Assembly (NCBI RefSeq): GCF_009914755.1
Contig: NC_060925.1
Source of the DNA: the human T2T-CHM13v2.0 reference genome, Homo sapiens
DNA length: 64,000 bases
Strand: one strand, 5' to 3'
Below are positions 1 through 12,669 of this stretch, one piece after another. The notes beneath the pieces are model-generated. The model was not told the DNA's origin. It did not search any database and worked only from the letters and a program-made list of their open reading frames with translations. The position numbers and the translations under genes were made by a program. The stretch's first letter is position 1. Every line of letters starts with the position of its first letter.

Positions 1-80
1 ACTGCAAGGAAGGCTGGGGAATACACTGTAGCTGTGCACCCAGGATAAAGTACAAATATGTTTGGTGAACAGCTAGTTTG
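1..80. mobile_element. MLT1-like (MaLR) LTR fragment
   Basis: ctgcaaggaaggctggggaata...tttggtgaacagcta resembles an old MLT1J/K terminus. Confidence 0.45.
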
Positions 81-144
81 TTCCTGCTGCAGCCTTAAAA
101 GCCTTTTCCTTTACCTCCACCAGGCCCGAGGGATGGGCAGCAGA

Positions 145-255
145 ATTAGCACCCCCATGTTGCAGATGCAGATGCAGAAACAAGGCTCAGAGAGGCTGTC
201 CACCTTGCCTCTCCTCACCACCCACCAAGGTCACATAGTGAGTTGGTGTCAGAGA
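145..255 (-). mobile_element. MIR SINE fragment
   Basis: cccatgttgcagatg...aggctcagagagg...caaggtcacatag matches the reverse MIR core. Confidence 0.65.
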
Positions 256-1039
256 CCATGTGTCCTGGCCTAGAGCCTGTGCTTCTTCAGCTAGAAACAG
301 CCCGGTCACCCCACTCTGAGCATCCCCCACTGGCCTGGCCCTCCCCTAAGGCCCTTACCAATCTCCACCTTGTGTCAGAATTCACCAGGGACCTGGTGGT
401 TCCTGGTCCAGGGGTGAGCTTCTGCAGGTTGAATGTACCTGCAGTACATGGAGTACATGTACCTGCAGTAAATATCTAGCTCAGTACATGGACTGGGGCC
501 TGGTATGGGCACAGCACGGAAGACTGAGCAGGGAGAGGCTTGCTCAAACCTCAGAAGGGCTGAGAGGTGAATGCGAGGAAGATAAGAGTGAGTGGGTGAC
601 AAATGAACTTGTTGAGCAGTGACTGGGATGTCCACAGCACTCTCTGCTGCTGAAGTCTGCCTCTCCCCACCACCCACCATGCCCTGGCAGCATAAAATCC
701 CAATTCCACCTCTGCCCTCATGATTGCATCCCTCCTCCTGTCCCATCTCCCACTGTGCTCCAGCCACAAGGGCCTGCTCAAGTGTTCCTGCCTGGGCTGA
801 GGTCTTCTGTGGCCCCTCCAGGGGCACACTCACCTTCCTCCAACCTGCCCTGTGCCTGAGGCTGACCCGTGTGTCCTATCAGTGGGCTCTGTGGAGTCAG
901 GCCTCCAGCTGGGTTTGGTCACTGTGAGGTACCCACAGAGAGAGAAGCAGTATGGGTCAGGGTCTTTATTCCCACGGTTCTCTCCTTATAGATGTCTTGG
1001 ACTGGTTCCTCGATCAGAGGCCATCACTCCTCCCAAAGA

Positions 1040-1565
1040 AGCCGACTCTAAGTTCCAGCAATCACTCCTTCCCCTCTTCCCTTCAGGGTGATAACAGTTT
1101 TGCTGCTACTGGTCCAAGGCTACTGCCCTATTCCTTGTGTTCCTTTCACAATAGCCTCATTGTAAAGAATCTCTCCTTGAATTCTCCTTCCTTCCTTCCT
1201 TCCTTTCTTTCCTTTCTTCTTTTTCTTTTTTTCTTTTTTTTTGAGACAGAGTCTCACTCTATCACCCAGGATGGAATGCAGTGGCATGATCTCACTGTCA
1301 CCTCTGCCTCCCGGGTTCAAGTGATTCTCACTCCTCAGCCTCCTAAGTAGCTGGGATTACAGGCACACACCACCACACCTGGCTAATATTTTTTGTTGAG
1401 ACGGGGTTTCACCACGTTGACTAGGCTGGTCTTGAACTTTTGATCTCAGGCAATTTGCTTGCCTCGGCCTCCCAAAGTGCTGGGATTACAAGCGTGAGCC
1501 ACCGCGCCTGGCCTGAATTCTCCTATCTGGAGTGTGCTCCTGTTTCCTGTTGGGATGCCGACCTG
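1040..1565 (+). mobile_element. ERVL LTR33/LTR41-like fragment, interrupted by an Alu
   Basis: ttgtaaagaatctctccttgaattctcct[Alu]atctggagtgtgctcctgtttcctgttggga resembles the LTR33/41 3' end. Confidence 0.5.
1189..1513 (-). mobile_element. AluS element with CT-rich tail
   Basis: Reverse Alu body gagacagagtctcact...gagccaccgcgcctggcc. TSD TGAATTCTCCT at 1178-1188 and 1514-1524. Confidence 0.95.
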
Positions 1566-1569
1566 CACG

Positions 1570-1950
1570 CCTCATCTCAGGGCCTCCATACTTGCTGTTC
1601 CCAGTGCCTGGTGTGCTCTTCCCTCAGGTCTTTACATGGGCAACTACTTTTCAGCTTTAAGGTCTCAGCCTGACTAATGTTTTCTCAGAAAGACTTTCCC
1701 AGAGAGAGGGGTCACCTCTAGCCAAAGGTGTCCCCCTCACCCTGGTTGTTCTCAATCCCATAGCCCTAGATTAGTTTCTTCCTTGTATCTGTCAGTGTTT
1801 GCAATGTTTGTCTGGCTTTCTCCTCTGGAATGCAAGCTCCGTAAGAGCCGGGGTTTTTATCTGTCTTGTTTACTTCTGTATCCCCCAAGCCTAGGACACT
1901 GTCTAGCACACAGTAGGCACTTACTATAAATGTTTATTGAATTTGTAAAT
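1570..1950 (+). mobile_element. L2 LINE 3' end
   Basis: ggaatgcaagctcc...tctagcacacagtaggcac...aaatgtttattgaat is the L2 terminus. Confidence 0.8.
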
Positions 1951-2079
1951 GAGACAGATTCAATATGCAAACCAGGGAGTAGCATAAATGAATGAATGAA
2001 TGTATATATTGGCAAGTAACTCATCTGAATTAATGGATGAATGAATTGGGCAAATGTGTGACAAATGAATGAACACATT

Positions 2080-2358
2080 GACACAGACATGCACCTGGGG
2101 AGAATGCCATGTGAAGGCGAAGGCAGGGATTGGGGTGATGCCTCTACAAGCCCAGGACTCAGAAGATTGCCGGCAAGTCCCCAGAAGCTAGGGGAGAGGC
2201 ATGGAACAGATTCTTCCTCACAGCCCTCAGAAGGAACCCACCATACCCATACCTGGATTGTGGGCTTCTAGCCTCCAAAACTGTGGGACAATCTGTTTCT
2301 GTTTGTGAAGCCACCCAGTCTGTATTACTTCTTATGGCAGCCCGAGCAAATGAATAAA
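2080..2358 (+). mobile_element. MLT1B/C-type MaLR LTR, 3' part
   Basis: ccatgtgaagg...ccagaagctaggggagaggcatggaacagattc...gcctccaaaactgtg...ttatggcagccc. Confidence 0.85.
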
Positions 2359-3399
2359 GTATGTCTAGGCTTTAGGCTTCTAGAGCTTTAGAGGTGATGA
2401 CCTACCATGTACAGGCTTTGGAGAGGCAGCACAGTGTGGTCGCAAGAGAGTGGGCTGGCAGCTGGGGACAGTCCCAGCTCTGCCACTGACTTGCTGGGCT
2501 AGTCTTCCTGCCTGTGAACTGAGGGGGTGGGACTGCAAGATTTCTAGGGTCCTTCCCAGCCCTGACTTTTCCTATTTGAGGAGCTGTGAAGAGGAGGCCA
2601 AGCAAGGTCAGGTGGCACAATCCAGGTCACCCAGAGGGTTAATCGGAAGTGGTCCCAGGAACAGCGTCTCGCCAATTGCACGATGATTGCTCCTTTGCCC
2701 GAGATGCCTCCCAGCAGAGTCTACAGCAAGCCCGACCTTCTCTGATCCTCTGTTCTCAGCCCCTGGGTGGCCTTGGTGCTGTGTGGGTCTGATAAGGCCC
2801 TGGCTATTTGGAAAGGTGGCTTCCTGCAGGAGGGAGTATGAGGAGGGCCCTGCTGGTGTCCTGCGAGTTCTTGCACTGCCTCCCTAGGCTGCCTGGATAG
2901 AAGGCAGAGGCCTGGGACCCACTGTGCAGTGGCACAATATGTCTTTGTCTGGCCAGGGCTTCTGGGGATCATGGAGGCTGATCACATATCCATTCTCCCC
3001 AGTATTTTCTTGGAGTCCCTGGCGGAAGGCTCGATGCTCTGGCTGGCCTGCTGACTTCCCTTCCTGCCTGATTCCAGGGCCTTCTTAGAACTAGCCTAGG
3101 GACTCAGGCTGGTCCACACCAAATGGATGGCAGCATTTAAAAACTAACAGTTTGCAGTTGTCAGGTTGTTGCTGAGTGGCCCTCTGACTCCCTTGCCTTT
3201 CAGTGTCTGAAACAGTGTATCCAAGGGAGGTCTACAGTGAGATGCTGCAAGTCTCTGTCCTCACAGGGCTACTGCGGTACGTCCAGTTGTCAGTTTCACG
3301 GAGCTGGAAGGGAGAGTAGAGATGCTGCTTGGCTGAATGGGATGTACAAAGATTCAGTGTTTGAAAACATGGATCTTAAAAATGACAACCTGAGTATAG

Positions 3400-3890
3400 G
3401 GTGGTGAGGCCTGTTTCACAGTTTTTGCATGAAAAATCTGGAAGTCATAGTGGCACCCAAGCTCAGTGCAAGATGACAATGCCAGAGTAAGGAAGCACAA
3501 TTGAGGCTGACTTAATGATGCTTTGCAAGGAGGTAGCAAGTCTGTTGTCTCTGACTCATCTGATGAGCTCTTTACCCAACATAGAATTCTGGCTGCAAGC
3601 CTCCAGTGACCAACAGTTCTCTTTTGCTTGCTTGAAGTAGCTCTGTCAGAAAGTTCTTCTTTGTATTCTGCTTCCTTGTAATTTTATTCAGCAAGGTTTT
3701 CAAGTACATACTGTATGCCATACTGTTTTTCTCTGCGTTCTGTGATACTCATTAAGCTTATCTGCCCCACCTGTCCACTGAAAGTCTGTGATTTCTAGAC
3801 AGTGACCCCATCTTTCATGCCTTGTCTTCTCTAGCAAAGACAGCCATTCCTCCTTCATCTGTTTTTCCCAGGACATGGCTTGGAGAACCT
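3400..3890. mobile_element. L3/CR1 fragments
   Basis: Degenerate similarity to the CR1 3' region (gaaagttcttctttgtatt; cttgtcttctctagcaaagacagcc). Confidence 0.4.
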
Positions 3891-5069
3891 TTCCTTCTTG
3901 GTTGTGACTCACTTTATTATTCGCCCACTAACCCTTATCTTGAACTCCTTGTGGAGCCTGCTGAGACCGTCACCTCCCTTGCCCTGAGATGCCACTCCTA
4001 TTGTGTAAACAGAGGTGGGAGGCCCAGGTACTATGAACTTCTAAGCCTCATTGACCAGAACTTTTAACCTTGGATGTTGCATCAGCAATGGCTCATTGGT
4101 CCTTGCCTGAAGGGACTTGCATTAAGACACACACTGAATTAGAGAGCTGTGCTCCTCTTTCAGCCCCATCCTGGCTACAGCCTTTCCTCTCTTCTTCCTC
4201 CAGAAATGACCCTTTCCCTTGGCTCCCTGATTAGGGCTTTCCAATTTCAACCTATCTACACTGCAAAGGGTTAATAACTTGGAGTGCCCTAAAGCCCAGT
4301 TCAGAAAGTCTCTTTCTGGCTCTGGGACTCAGTTTCCCCATGTGTAAAGTGAGGGGGCCAGTCTGGCTCCTCTCTAAAGCCCTCTCCAGCCCTGATATCT
4401 GGTGTGCTGAGTGCATAATGTGGGCATTTCCGCTCTCATGACCCGGCAGTGGGACCGAGGTTTTGGTGGCGCCACTCACATCACACACGGCGGCGTAGGC
4501 CGCCCTGACTCTGCTGAAGCCTCCGCCAGGAAGCCGACGGGGAGAAAAGTCCTCCCCCAACCAGCCGTGGATTTCAGGGAGAGGCACCCACCCACCGGGA
4601 GAACAAACATTAGCATCCGTGTGGTCACCACTTGGAGGTGCACAGATGAGGGCTAATCAAAGGCAGGGAGAGGTGTGTTTTTGTCAGTGAATCCCCTTGG
4701 CTGGGGAGCAAATCTCCATTTTGGCAGGAGGGACTCTTACTTGATCAGGGCTGAGTTCTACGAGTGACTGTAAATTCTCAGTAAAACAGCCCCGTTGGGC
4801 CTAATTTCAACCACTTAACCCAGAGGTTGCATTCTTGAAGTGTTCTGCCAAATACATTCATCTCCCGGCTCTGAGACCACAGCTCCTGAGCTCTTGCACG
4901 CAGCAGCTGCTTTACCGCCAGCCTTTCTGTTCTCACCTGCCTGCAAGACTTGGGATCCACTCCCCCCTCACTTCCCCCTTCTTTCTCACTCCCACGCGAG
5001 GGAGCCTCCCAGTGTGGCTTCTCGGCAAGTGTGGGTCTGAGCTGGCCACCCTGGCTCCTGTTGGTTTGA

Positions 5070-5935
5070 GACCAAACAGCCGGGCAATTGATCAAAACCT
5101 GGTCAGCATTGGAAACCCTATATAAATGCCTGGCTAATTCGGTCAGACACTAAATGAAGTTGGCCAAACAACAGCTGAAATGGGCAAGCACAGCCTAAAC
5201 TACTGGTCAACTTGGTCAAACATCTGTCAGCTGGTCTGAACAGTGCCAAAACAACCTATCAAGTTAGCCTAAGTAAAGGGTACCTTCAAAACAATTGGGT
5301 CAAACTATAACAAAACTTCCACTTAGTTTGAATAACAAGTCAACGTGGTCAAGTCATACCAAAGCAATTGTTCAACTTAGTCAAACAACCAATCAGCTTG
5401 ATCAAACAACTCTCAAACAACCTGTCTTTAGAGTTAAACAAAGCCAAAACACCAAACCAACTCAACAACTAGCCATTAGGTCAAACCATACCAGAACAAT
5501 GGGTCAGCTGGGTCAAATGATAGAAACACACCCGGCTGTTGTAAACAGCCAACTGATGGCCTCATACAATGTCAAAATATTTGGATTAATTCACTCAAAC
5601 ATCCAGTCATTTCCATCAAACCCAGTCAACACAGTTAATGAATGCCAAAACACCTACCCAACTTAAACAGCCAGTCAAATGGGTCCAACCGTGACAAAAT
5701 AACTGGTCTACTTGGTGAAACCACCAATCACCACAGCTAAACAAGCAGTCAACCCAATCAAACTATGCAAAAGCAACAGGTCAAACTGGTCACCAAGCAG
5801 TAACAAAACACCCACTCCGTTCTGTCAAACAACCACTCAAGCAGGAGAGGCTGTGTCTAAACATTCAGTCAATTCCATGAAGAGCCAGTTGCCTCGATAC
5901 TATGAAACCAAAACAACCACTTAACTTGGTTAAAT
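5070..5935. repeat. Degenerate tandem array with ~21- and ~32-bp units, approximate consensus AAACAACCAGTCAACTTGGTC
   Basis: Recurrent (T)GGTCAAAC/CAGTCAAC motifs near 5203, 5296, 5346, 5378, 5398, 5477, 5500, 5671, 5703 and 5778. Strong A/C strand skew. Confidence 0.75.
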
Positions 5936-6509
5936 TAATGATGAGGCTAAGTTCTTGGGGATGCGCCCTCTGCTCTGTCTGGCATTCTCAGGAGAGCATC
6001 ACCAAAAGAGGTGGTCTATGCAGCAAAGTGAGCGGTTAACGTCTTTATCTTTCACCAAAACATCCATCAGTTCAGTCTTGCAACATCCAGGAAGAAATCA
6101 GACCTCTCGCTTCTCTGGGTAAATAAACTCTAACTTGGAGATTGAGTTTCTCAGGTCAGGGGAGAATGGTCATTGGCAGACAGGGAGAAGGTTTGAAAGA
6201 GCTAGTTCTATCCCTTCTCCCCAGACTGTACTGGGGAAGAAAAAAGTCTCCTCTGGTATCCCTGGTTGCAAAATATTTGGGATGGAGATGCTTTCTTCCA
6301 ATGACCAGACCTTTGAGGGGTGAGCTGCTCAGAACCTGCAGCAAGTTAGTGGTGAGCTATGACCCATGTGTCGGGTTAGTTTCTCAGAGCTAAAGGCACT
6401 AATCCCACAGCACAAGTCTGGCTTCCAAAATCCAAGTCTTTCACTGGGACAGGAACTCCCTTCATCAAGTCCAGGAGCTCTGGTCCCCAGCAGAGCAAGA
6501 CTGTTCAGA

Positions 6510-6730
6510 GGTTAATAGTGACAGTAACATAGTGAGCTCTCACTGTGTGCTAGGCACTGACCTAAGAAGCCTTTAACACACATCACATTTTATCTTTACA
6601 AAACCCAATGAGATTGGCAATGTTATTCCCCCATTTTCCAGGTGAGATTCATGGAGGCTCACAAAGATGAAGAAAGTTGTTTTAGGTTATGGAGTTGTTA
6701 AGTATCAGAGCCAGGATTTGAAACCAGCTC
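6510..6730 (-). mobile_element. MIR SINE
   Basis: ctcactgtgtgctaggcactg...cccattttccaggtgag...cagagccaggatttgaaacc. Confidence 0.85.
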
Positions 6731-7199
6731 TAACTTAAGGAGCCAGCTGTACCTATGAAATCCTTATTGAAAAAAAGGATGAAGGAAGGAGTTGGCCTGA
6801 ACTGCATCATACTGAAGGTGTAGGTGAGATGCTGCATAATGAACCTGTGTGTGTCTGAATGTGTGGCAGCTGCAAAAGAAGAGGTACTTCATCCCAGTGG
6901 AGACACAGGTGTAGACAGGTTGGAAGCCTGAATTTCAGTAACGCACAATCTCAGCTTACAGTCCACCCTGGTGCTAAGCCCTCTTGCCCAGGAATGCCAA
7001 ATGGGCATTACTCATTACCCCAGAGGCCAGTGGGTCCTGGGGTACCCTGGACCTATAGGCAACCTTCAGGGCTGGCTTACTGGACAGGGGGCAGGTGACT
7101 TCCTGAGATCTGCTCAATCCTTGCCACTGAAATCCCTCTTGGCACCTGTACCTGGGCAGCAGATCTGAACCCATTATTGACCACAATTGACACCCTCCC

Positions 7200-7620
7200 T
7201 TCATTCAAGGGAAGAAAGTCATGTTGACTCACCTCCTTACGTTAGGCACAGACCATTTTATTGAACGTTAACGCAAATCACACGGGCAGGAAATGTCGTA
7301 AAGAGAAAAGTAATCTTCTGACGGAAAAATAAATTATCAGCCGTGTTCCGAAGGAAAAGAAACATTCTTAAATAATTTCTCTTGCTGTTGGTATTGGCTG
7401 GCAGTGTGGGCCAGCCAAGCAAATGGTAATTTCCAAATTAGATTATACATTATGTCATATTAGTTTTATATTAGAAAAACAAACGGGATCAGAGGAGAAG
7501 TGCCAAGGTTGGCGAGCTGTGCTTGCCACGTGACCAGCCGTGTTTCCACTGCAGAATGTTTAATGATTCCGGGAGAGGTGGAAGAGCAAACATTCAGACC
7601 GACGCGGGGGAGAGTTGAGG
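7200..7620. promoter_or_regulatory. Candidate conserved non-coding element / enhancer
   Basis: Repeat-free, AT-rich core with ~15 retained CpGs, homeodomain motifs and CACGTGAC at 7527. Function is inferred. Confidence 0.5.
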
Positions 7621-8008
7621 TTGGTTGCACAGAGGTAGGCTCTTCCAGGAGGGAAAGGACAGCTCCCAGGCTGGGCCCCTCTGAGTATGGGTACGCAACC
7701 AGGCTGGGGAGGCAGGGAGCACCCCCACAACAGTCTCGTTTTCTTTTCTCCAGGTATTTGGACCTTCCCTTGGAAAAGCTGGTCTGGGGCATGGGCTTTG
7801 GAGTCAGGGCACCATGGCCAGTCCATGTTCACAGGAGCAGCAGGTGGAGGTGCCACATGTCAGTCCCAGAAGTCTGAGTGGGGCTATGTTGGTGGCCTAC
7901 TTCCCTAGAGAGCTGCCCTTGGGCAGTGGGGGCAGATATCTGTCTCCCTAGTGTGCAGGGCCAGGGGAATGATAAGGAGGAGACTTTAAATGAGACTCAT
8001 ATTGCTAG

Positions 8009-8336
<328 letters not shown>

Positions 8337-8349
8337 AGCCAGCTCATCT

Positions 8350-8510
8350 TTGGTGAAGACTACTCCATGCCAGGCGATTTACCTGTACTTACTCCTCACG
8401 GCAATTCCACCAGACCATGTTACAGATAAGGAAATGGAGAGACAGAGAGGGCAAATAACTTGTCTGAGATCACATTATTGAGAACTGGCAGAGCCTGTGC
8501 ATAAACCAAA
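8350..8510 (-). mobile_element. MIR SINE
   Basis: atgttacagataaggaaatggagagacagagagg...cttgtctgagatcaca. Confidence 0.7.
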
Positions 8511-9754
8511 GCTCCAAGGCTGAAATCTGCACCACCACAGCAAATGCCTGTGAGTGGGTGGGGAGTGAGGGATGATGAATGGCTGGTCAAGAGGGTTCTT
8601 GCAATTGCTGAGGCATCAGAGTCCTGACCTTTAAAGCCCCTTTCTCCCTAAGACTGTTGCTCAGACAGAAAACAGCACTTGTTTGTGTGTGAACTTGGGC
8701 AAATATCTTTTACCAAACTGTGAGCTTGTCAAGGACAGGGATCTTGTGAGATTATCTCTGAAAACTTTGTATCCAACTTGGATGTTGATATCACTTTTGA
8801 TGGTTGCGTGGAGACAGGAGAAAGAAGAAATCTAGATGGTGAGAGCTAGAAAGGGCTCAGGGCCTCAGGAACCCGGGTCAGTGTTTGGCGTTTATAAATC
8901 TAGGTGACTCTGAAGAGTGCAGAGCTGCTCCCGGTCCCATGACAGGCATTGGCTAATCATTCACAGAGCCCCTGCCCGACAGATCTTCTGAAGTAGCCAC
9001 TACTAATCAAAGTTGGCACTGAAAGGAAACTTATTTGCTACTATTGGCCTTGCCCACCCCCTAGTTGTAACTGAGAAAACCAATAGCAGAGATGGGGAGG
9101 CAGCTTGTTTGAAGTCACACTACCAGTCACAGACAGAGTCGGATCCCAAACCCACCTCCCAGAGCATACAATGGCGTTAAAAGAGAAGATTTAGGACAAA
9201 TTAATTACCAAGTATCTGACAAGTGATAGCCTGTGGCCAGCTCTGGCTGCCTGGAGCCTGGAGGAAGAGAGAAAATAGAACCTGGGGACCAATCACACGG
9301 CACTGCAGGCTGGAAGTCCCATCACTTTGGGCAGTCCTGTCCTCAAACTCTTTTCCATATTTCTCAGTAGATCTGGGTTCTAGCTCCAGCTGGATTTTCC
9401 TTTGGTAGTCTATGTCCTCTCTCTGGACCTCAATTTGTTCATCTGTTAAATGGGGACAGGCATGGTGCTCAAGCTCTCTGAGATGTAAAATTCCTTCTGG
9501 CTCTAATATTCCAGGATTCTGTGGTCTCAGAATTCAGCCCAGTCTGTCCCAACACTCAGCTTCTCCTTGGAGTGAGTCCATGGGAAACTACAGCAATTTT
9601 CTTGGACCACCAGTGGGAGAAGGAGGCATTCAGCAGGATTTCTGCCTAACTTCTGTCTGACACCCCTGGTGGCCTGGGGGGCTACTGCTGCTCCTGACTT
9701 ACTTCCCTTTCCCCCTGGAGAGCCCAGCTCCTGGGGATGACCTGACCCGAAAAC

Positions 9755-10140
9755 ACATGCATTCACTCACCAAATACTCAGAATCCTTCCTCTAGGCCAG
9801 AACTCTTGCTGGGTGCTTGGGACCCCATCTTTGTCCTTGGAGGAGCTCACAGTCCAATGAGGGGGGCAGAAATGCATGGAGACCACCCAAATGCAGTCTG
9901 CACAGTAGGTAAGACCTGTGACTGGGATAGCGGGGAAGCCGTGGGAATGCAGGGGAGTCTTCCGGGGAAAAGTGGTGTCTGAGCTAGACTCTGAAGGATG
10001 AGGCAGAGTTCAGCAAAGAAGAGCAGGGGGTAGGGTCCATGCTGCAGGCAGAGGGAACAGCAGAAGCAAACGCCCAATTGTTGGAGGCGGAGTGAGTCAC
10101 AGGTAGCTTGGTGGACTGGAGGACAGGACTGTGTGAGCAA
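9755..10140 (-). mobile_element. L2 LINE fragment
   Basis: ggagctcacagtcc...gagctagactctgaaggatgag...caggcagagggaacagc. Confidence 0.75.
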
Positions 10141-10789
10141 CAGGGGAGGTGAGCAGGGACAGGTATACCTTTGCTAAAAAATATTTATTGAGTGCATGCT
10201 AATTGTGAAAGACCTTGAATGACATTCCCAAATCCTGAATCATCTCCCTTCCTGGGCCCTGGCCTAAGTGTCTGTAACATTTGTAATGAGGATTTGTTTC
10301 TAAATTTAGTTAATTGCTGTTTGGCTTTTCCCATCTCATGGGAATAGCTCTACTAGAGGGAGTGGGCCAGGAAACTGGCCTCAAGACCAGGAATAGCAGC
10401 GGGACATCATAGTCCAGGAGAGGAGAGATAGCAAGGGTGGCAGCCAAGGGCATGGCCTGGCCCCTTATGGTGTTTCCACCTGGCCTTTGCACTATCTTCT
10501 TGGCTGCCCATGTCTTCCTTGGGGCATGAGATCCAGCAGCCTCACTCTACAGCCTGGGGAGCATCCTGGGCTGGCTGGTGCATGTGGGGCAATTGAGTGC
10601 AGAGACTGGAGTGGAGTGGTTGAAGGAGCAGGAGGACAGAGAGGGCCCTTGGGGAAAGAGTTTTGTGAAGCAAAGTCCCAGAACAGGGAGGAAGTGGTGG
10701 TCTCAGCCAGGAGGCAGAGCCCTACAACCACAGGGCCCAGACCCTGGGAGAACTGAACCCGGGAGAAGCAAGAGGGAGCCATCATTAAT

Positions 10790-11000
10790 TGCACAATAGT
10801 GTGCTATATGCTTTGCTTATATTATCTCACTAAAATGCCTCAATAACTTTGCAAGAAAGGGTTATTACTCCCATGTTGCATTTGGTTTTGATAGTACTAG
10901 TATAAACACAGAGAGGTTAAGTAACTTGCCCAAAGTGACACAGCCAGAAAATGTTGATGCTGAGGTCAGAACTCAGCCTGTCTGACTCCCAGTCACTTCT
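10790..11000 (-). mobile_element. MIR SINE
   Basis: cacagagaggttaagtaacttgcccaaagtgacacagc...tctgactcc. Confidence 0.8.
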
Positions 11001-11850
11001 CTTTCCAGTGTGCCATGGTGGCCCATTGTGTTTCTTGCCTTTCTCCTTTCCTAGATCGGTGAACCTTCCTTCCTTCCTGTCTTTACATGGGCTTTTCTTT
11101 CTGTCTGGAGCACCATCTCTTTTATGCATATTCTTTACCTGATGATATTCTCATTTTCCAGGTCTGGTGCAGATGTCCTTTGTGAAAGGTCCTCTGACCC
11201 TTCCAGGTAGATTTTATTTTCTTCTTCCCTCCCTTATCCATCTATCATCACCCACCATCCATCTCTTTATGCCTTACCCATAAGGATTTCTGGCTGTCTA
11301 GGTAGAGTTCTTTGCTGCCTCCCCTGTGATCTCACAGCACTTTGAAAAACAAATGAGCACCCCAGTCAATTGCATATATTTATTTTTTGTACTTGTGTCT
11401 GTTGGCTCCACCAGCCTGGGAGCTCCCTGAGGGATGGCTGGGTCTGACTCTGTTTTGCCCCAGGCATTGCCCAGCACAGAGTCCACTTCCTGTTTTTCGC
11501 ATTTGGTCTGTTTCTCAAAGAAGAGTTTTCAATATCTGCAATGATTTTGGGCTGAGACTGAGAGCATTTTTTTGATGCCAAGAGAGACATGTACAAATCA
11601 CTACTGTTAGATGGGGAGAATTGAACTGGAGAAGTCACTAATAAGTGGATCCTTTCGCTTTCCCCAGGACCATAGGGTGATCCTAGAACTGTAGAGAATT
11701 GTGGACATTTCAGGGACTCCAGATTTGCCTCATTAGCCTGTGTTGCATAAACCATTGCTCAAGACTGGAGGAGACATGGAAACTCAGTGTGTCTCTGTGG
11801 GCTCACCAAGGGGATGCTGGAGCACGTGCCAGTTCTGGATGGGGATGGGT

Positions 11851-12265
11851 TGAGTATTAGTCAGTTTTTTTCTAGATTATGCTGTGGTAATAGACACACC
11901 ATGGCATGCTCCAAATGGGGGCTTTACAATAACAAAAGTTTACTTCCTGCCCACATGATATTCTGCTTGCGGTGGCTGTGGGTTGACTGTGGCTCTGCTC
12001 CATGGGTCTTCTTTATTCCAGGAAGCAGCTGTCCCTATTTGGGACATGACATACTCAGGGCAGAGAGCAAAAGGCAAAATGGGTGAACCACACAATAGCT
12101 CTTAATGTCCCTTCCACTCATTTCGCTGGCCAAAGCAAGAGGTGTGGTGGGGTCCCATGTAAACTCTGCCCACAGGAGACCCTGCAAGCTACTTGGCAAT
12201 GTAAATCCTCCTACAGGGGCAGGGAGCTGGGGTATGGATAATCAGGAGCAATAGCACATCAATCA
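11851..12265 (-). mobile_element. Old MLT1 (J/K/L-like) LTR
   Basis: tattagtcag...tatgctgtggtaa...acaataacaaaagtttacttc...cactcatttcgctggccaaagcaag. Confidence 0.65.
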
Positions 12266-12669
12266 CAGGCAGTAACCATCATGTGGGCTCCAGCCAGCTC
12301 CCTCCACCAACCTCATGTGGCCCAGGCAGGTGCTTCCTGGCTTTAAGAACCTCTGGAGAAAAATGATGCCCAAATTGTATATAAAAGTGTTGCTCAGCCT
12401 GTGGGGGTTACACAGGAGTACAGAGAAAGCAGAGACAGGTGGAGTGAGCTGGTTGTGAAGACCTTTCCTCCCATCTTTGCCCAGCAAACTCCTACTCTTC
12501 CTCTGGGGTCCAATTCTAATGCCACCTCCTCTAAGAAGCCCTTGGGGATGGACCCTCCAAGCCAGGGTTGGTGCTCTTCCTCTGTGCTCCCACTGCCCCT
12601 TTGCTTTTCTCATTTCACAGCTACTCAAGTGTATGCGATGTCTGTTTTTGTGTCTGAATCCCCTGGGAG

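Noticed and set aside
5295-5666. 123-aa Q/T/N-rich ORF with apparent heptads (QLSQTTNQLDQTT)
   Set aside because: It is a by-product of the 21-bp DNA repeat. It starts at TTG, and the reading frame is not maintained across the array.
5070-5935. CRISPR-like repeat-spacer array
   Set aside because: The context is eukaryotic, the units are degenerate and abutting with no identical repeats separated by unique spacers, and there are no cas genes.
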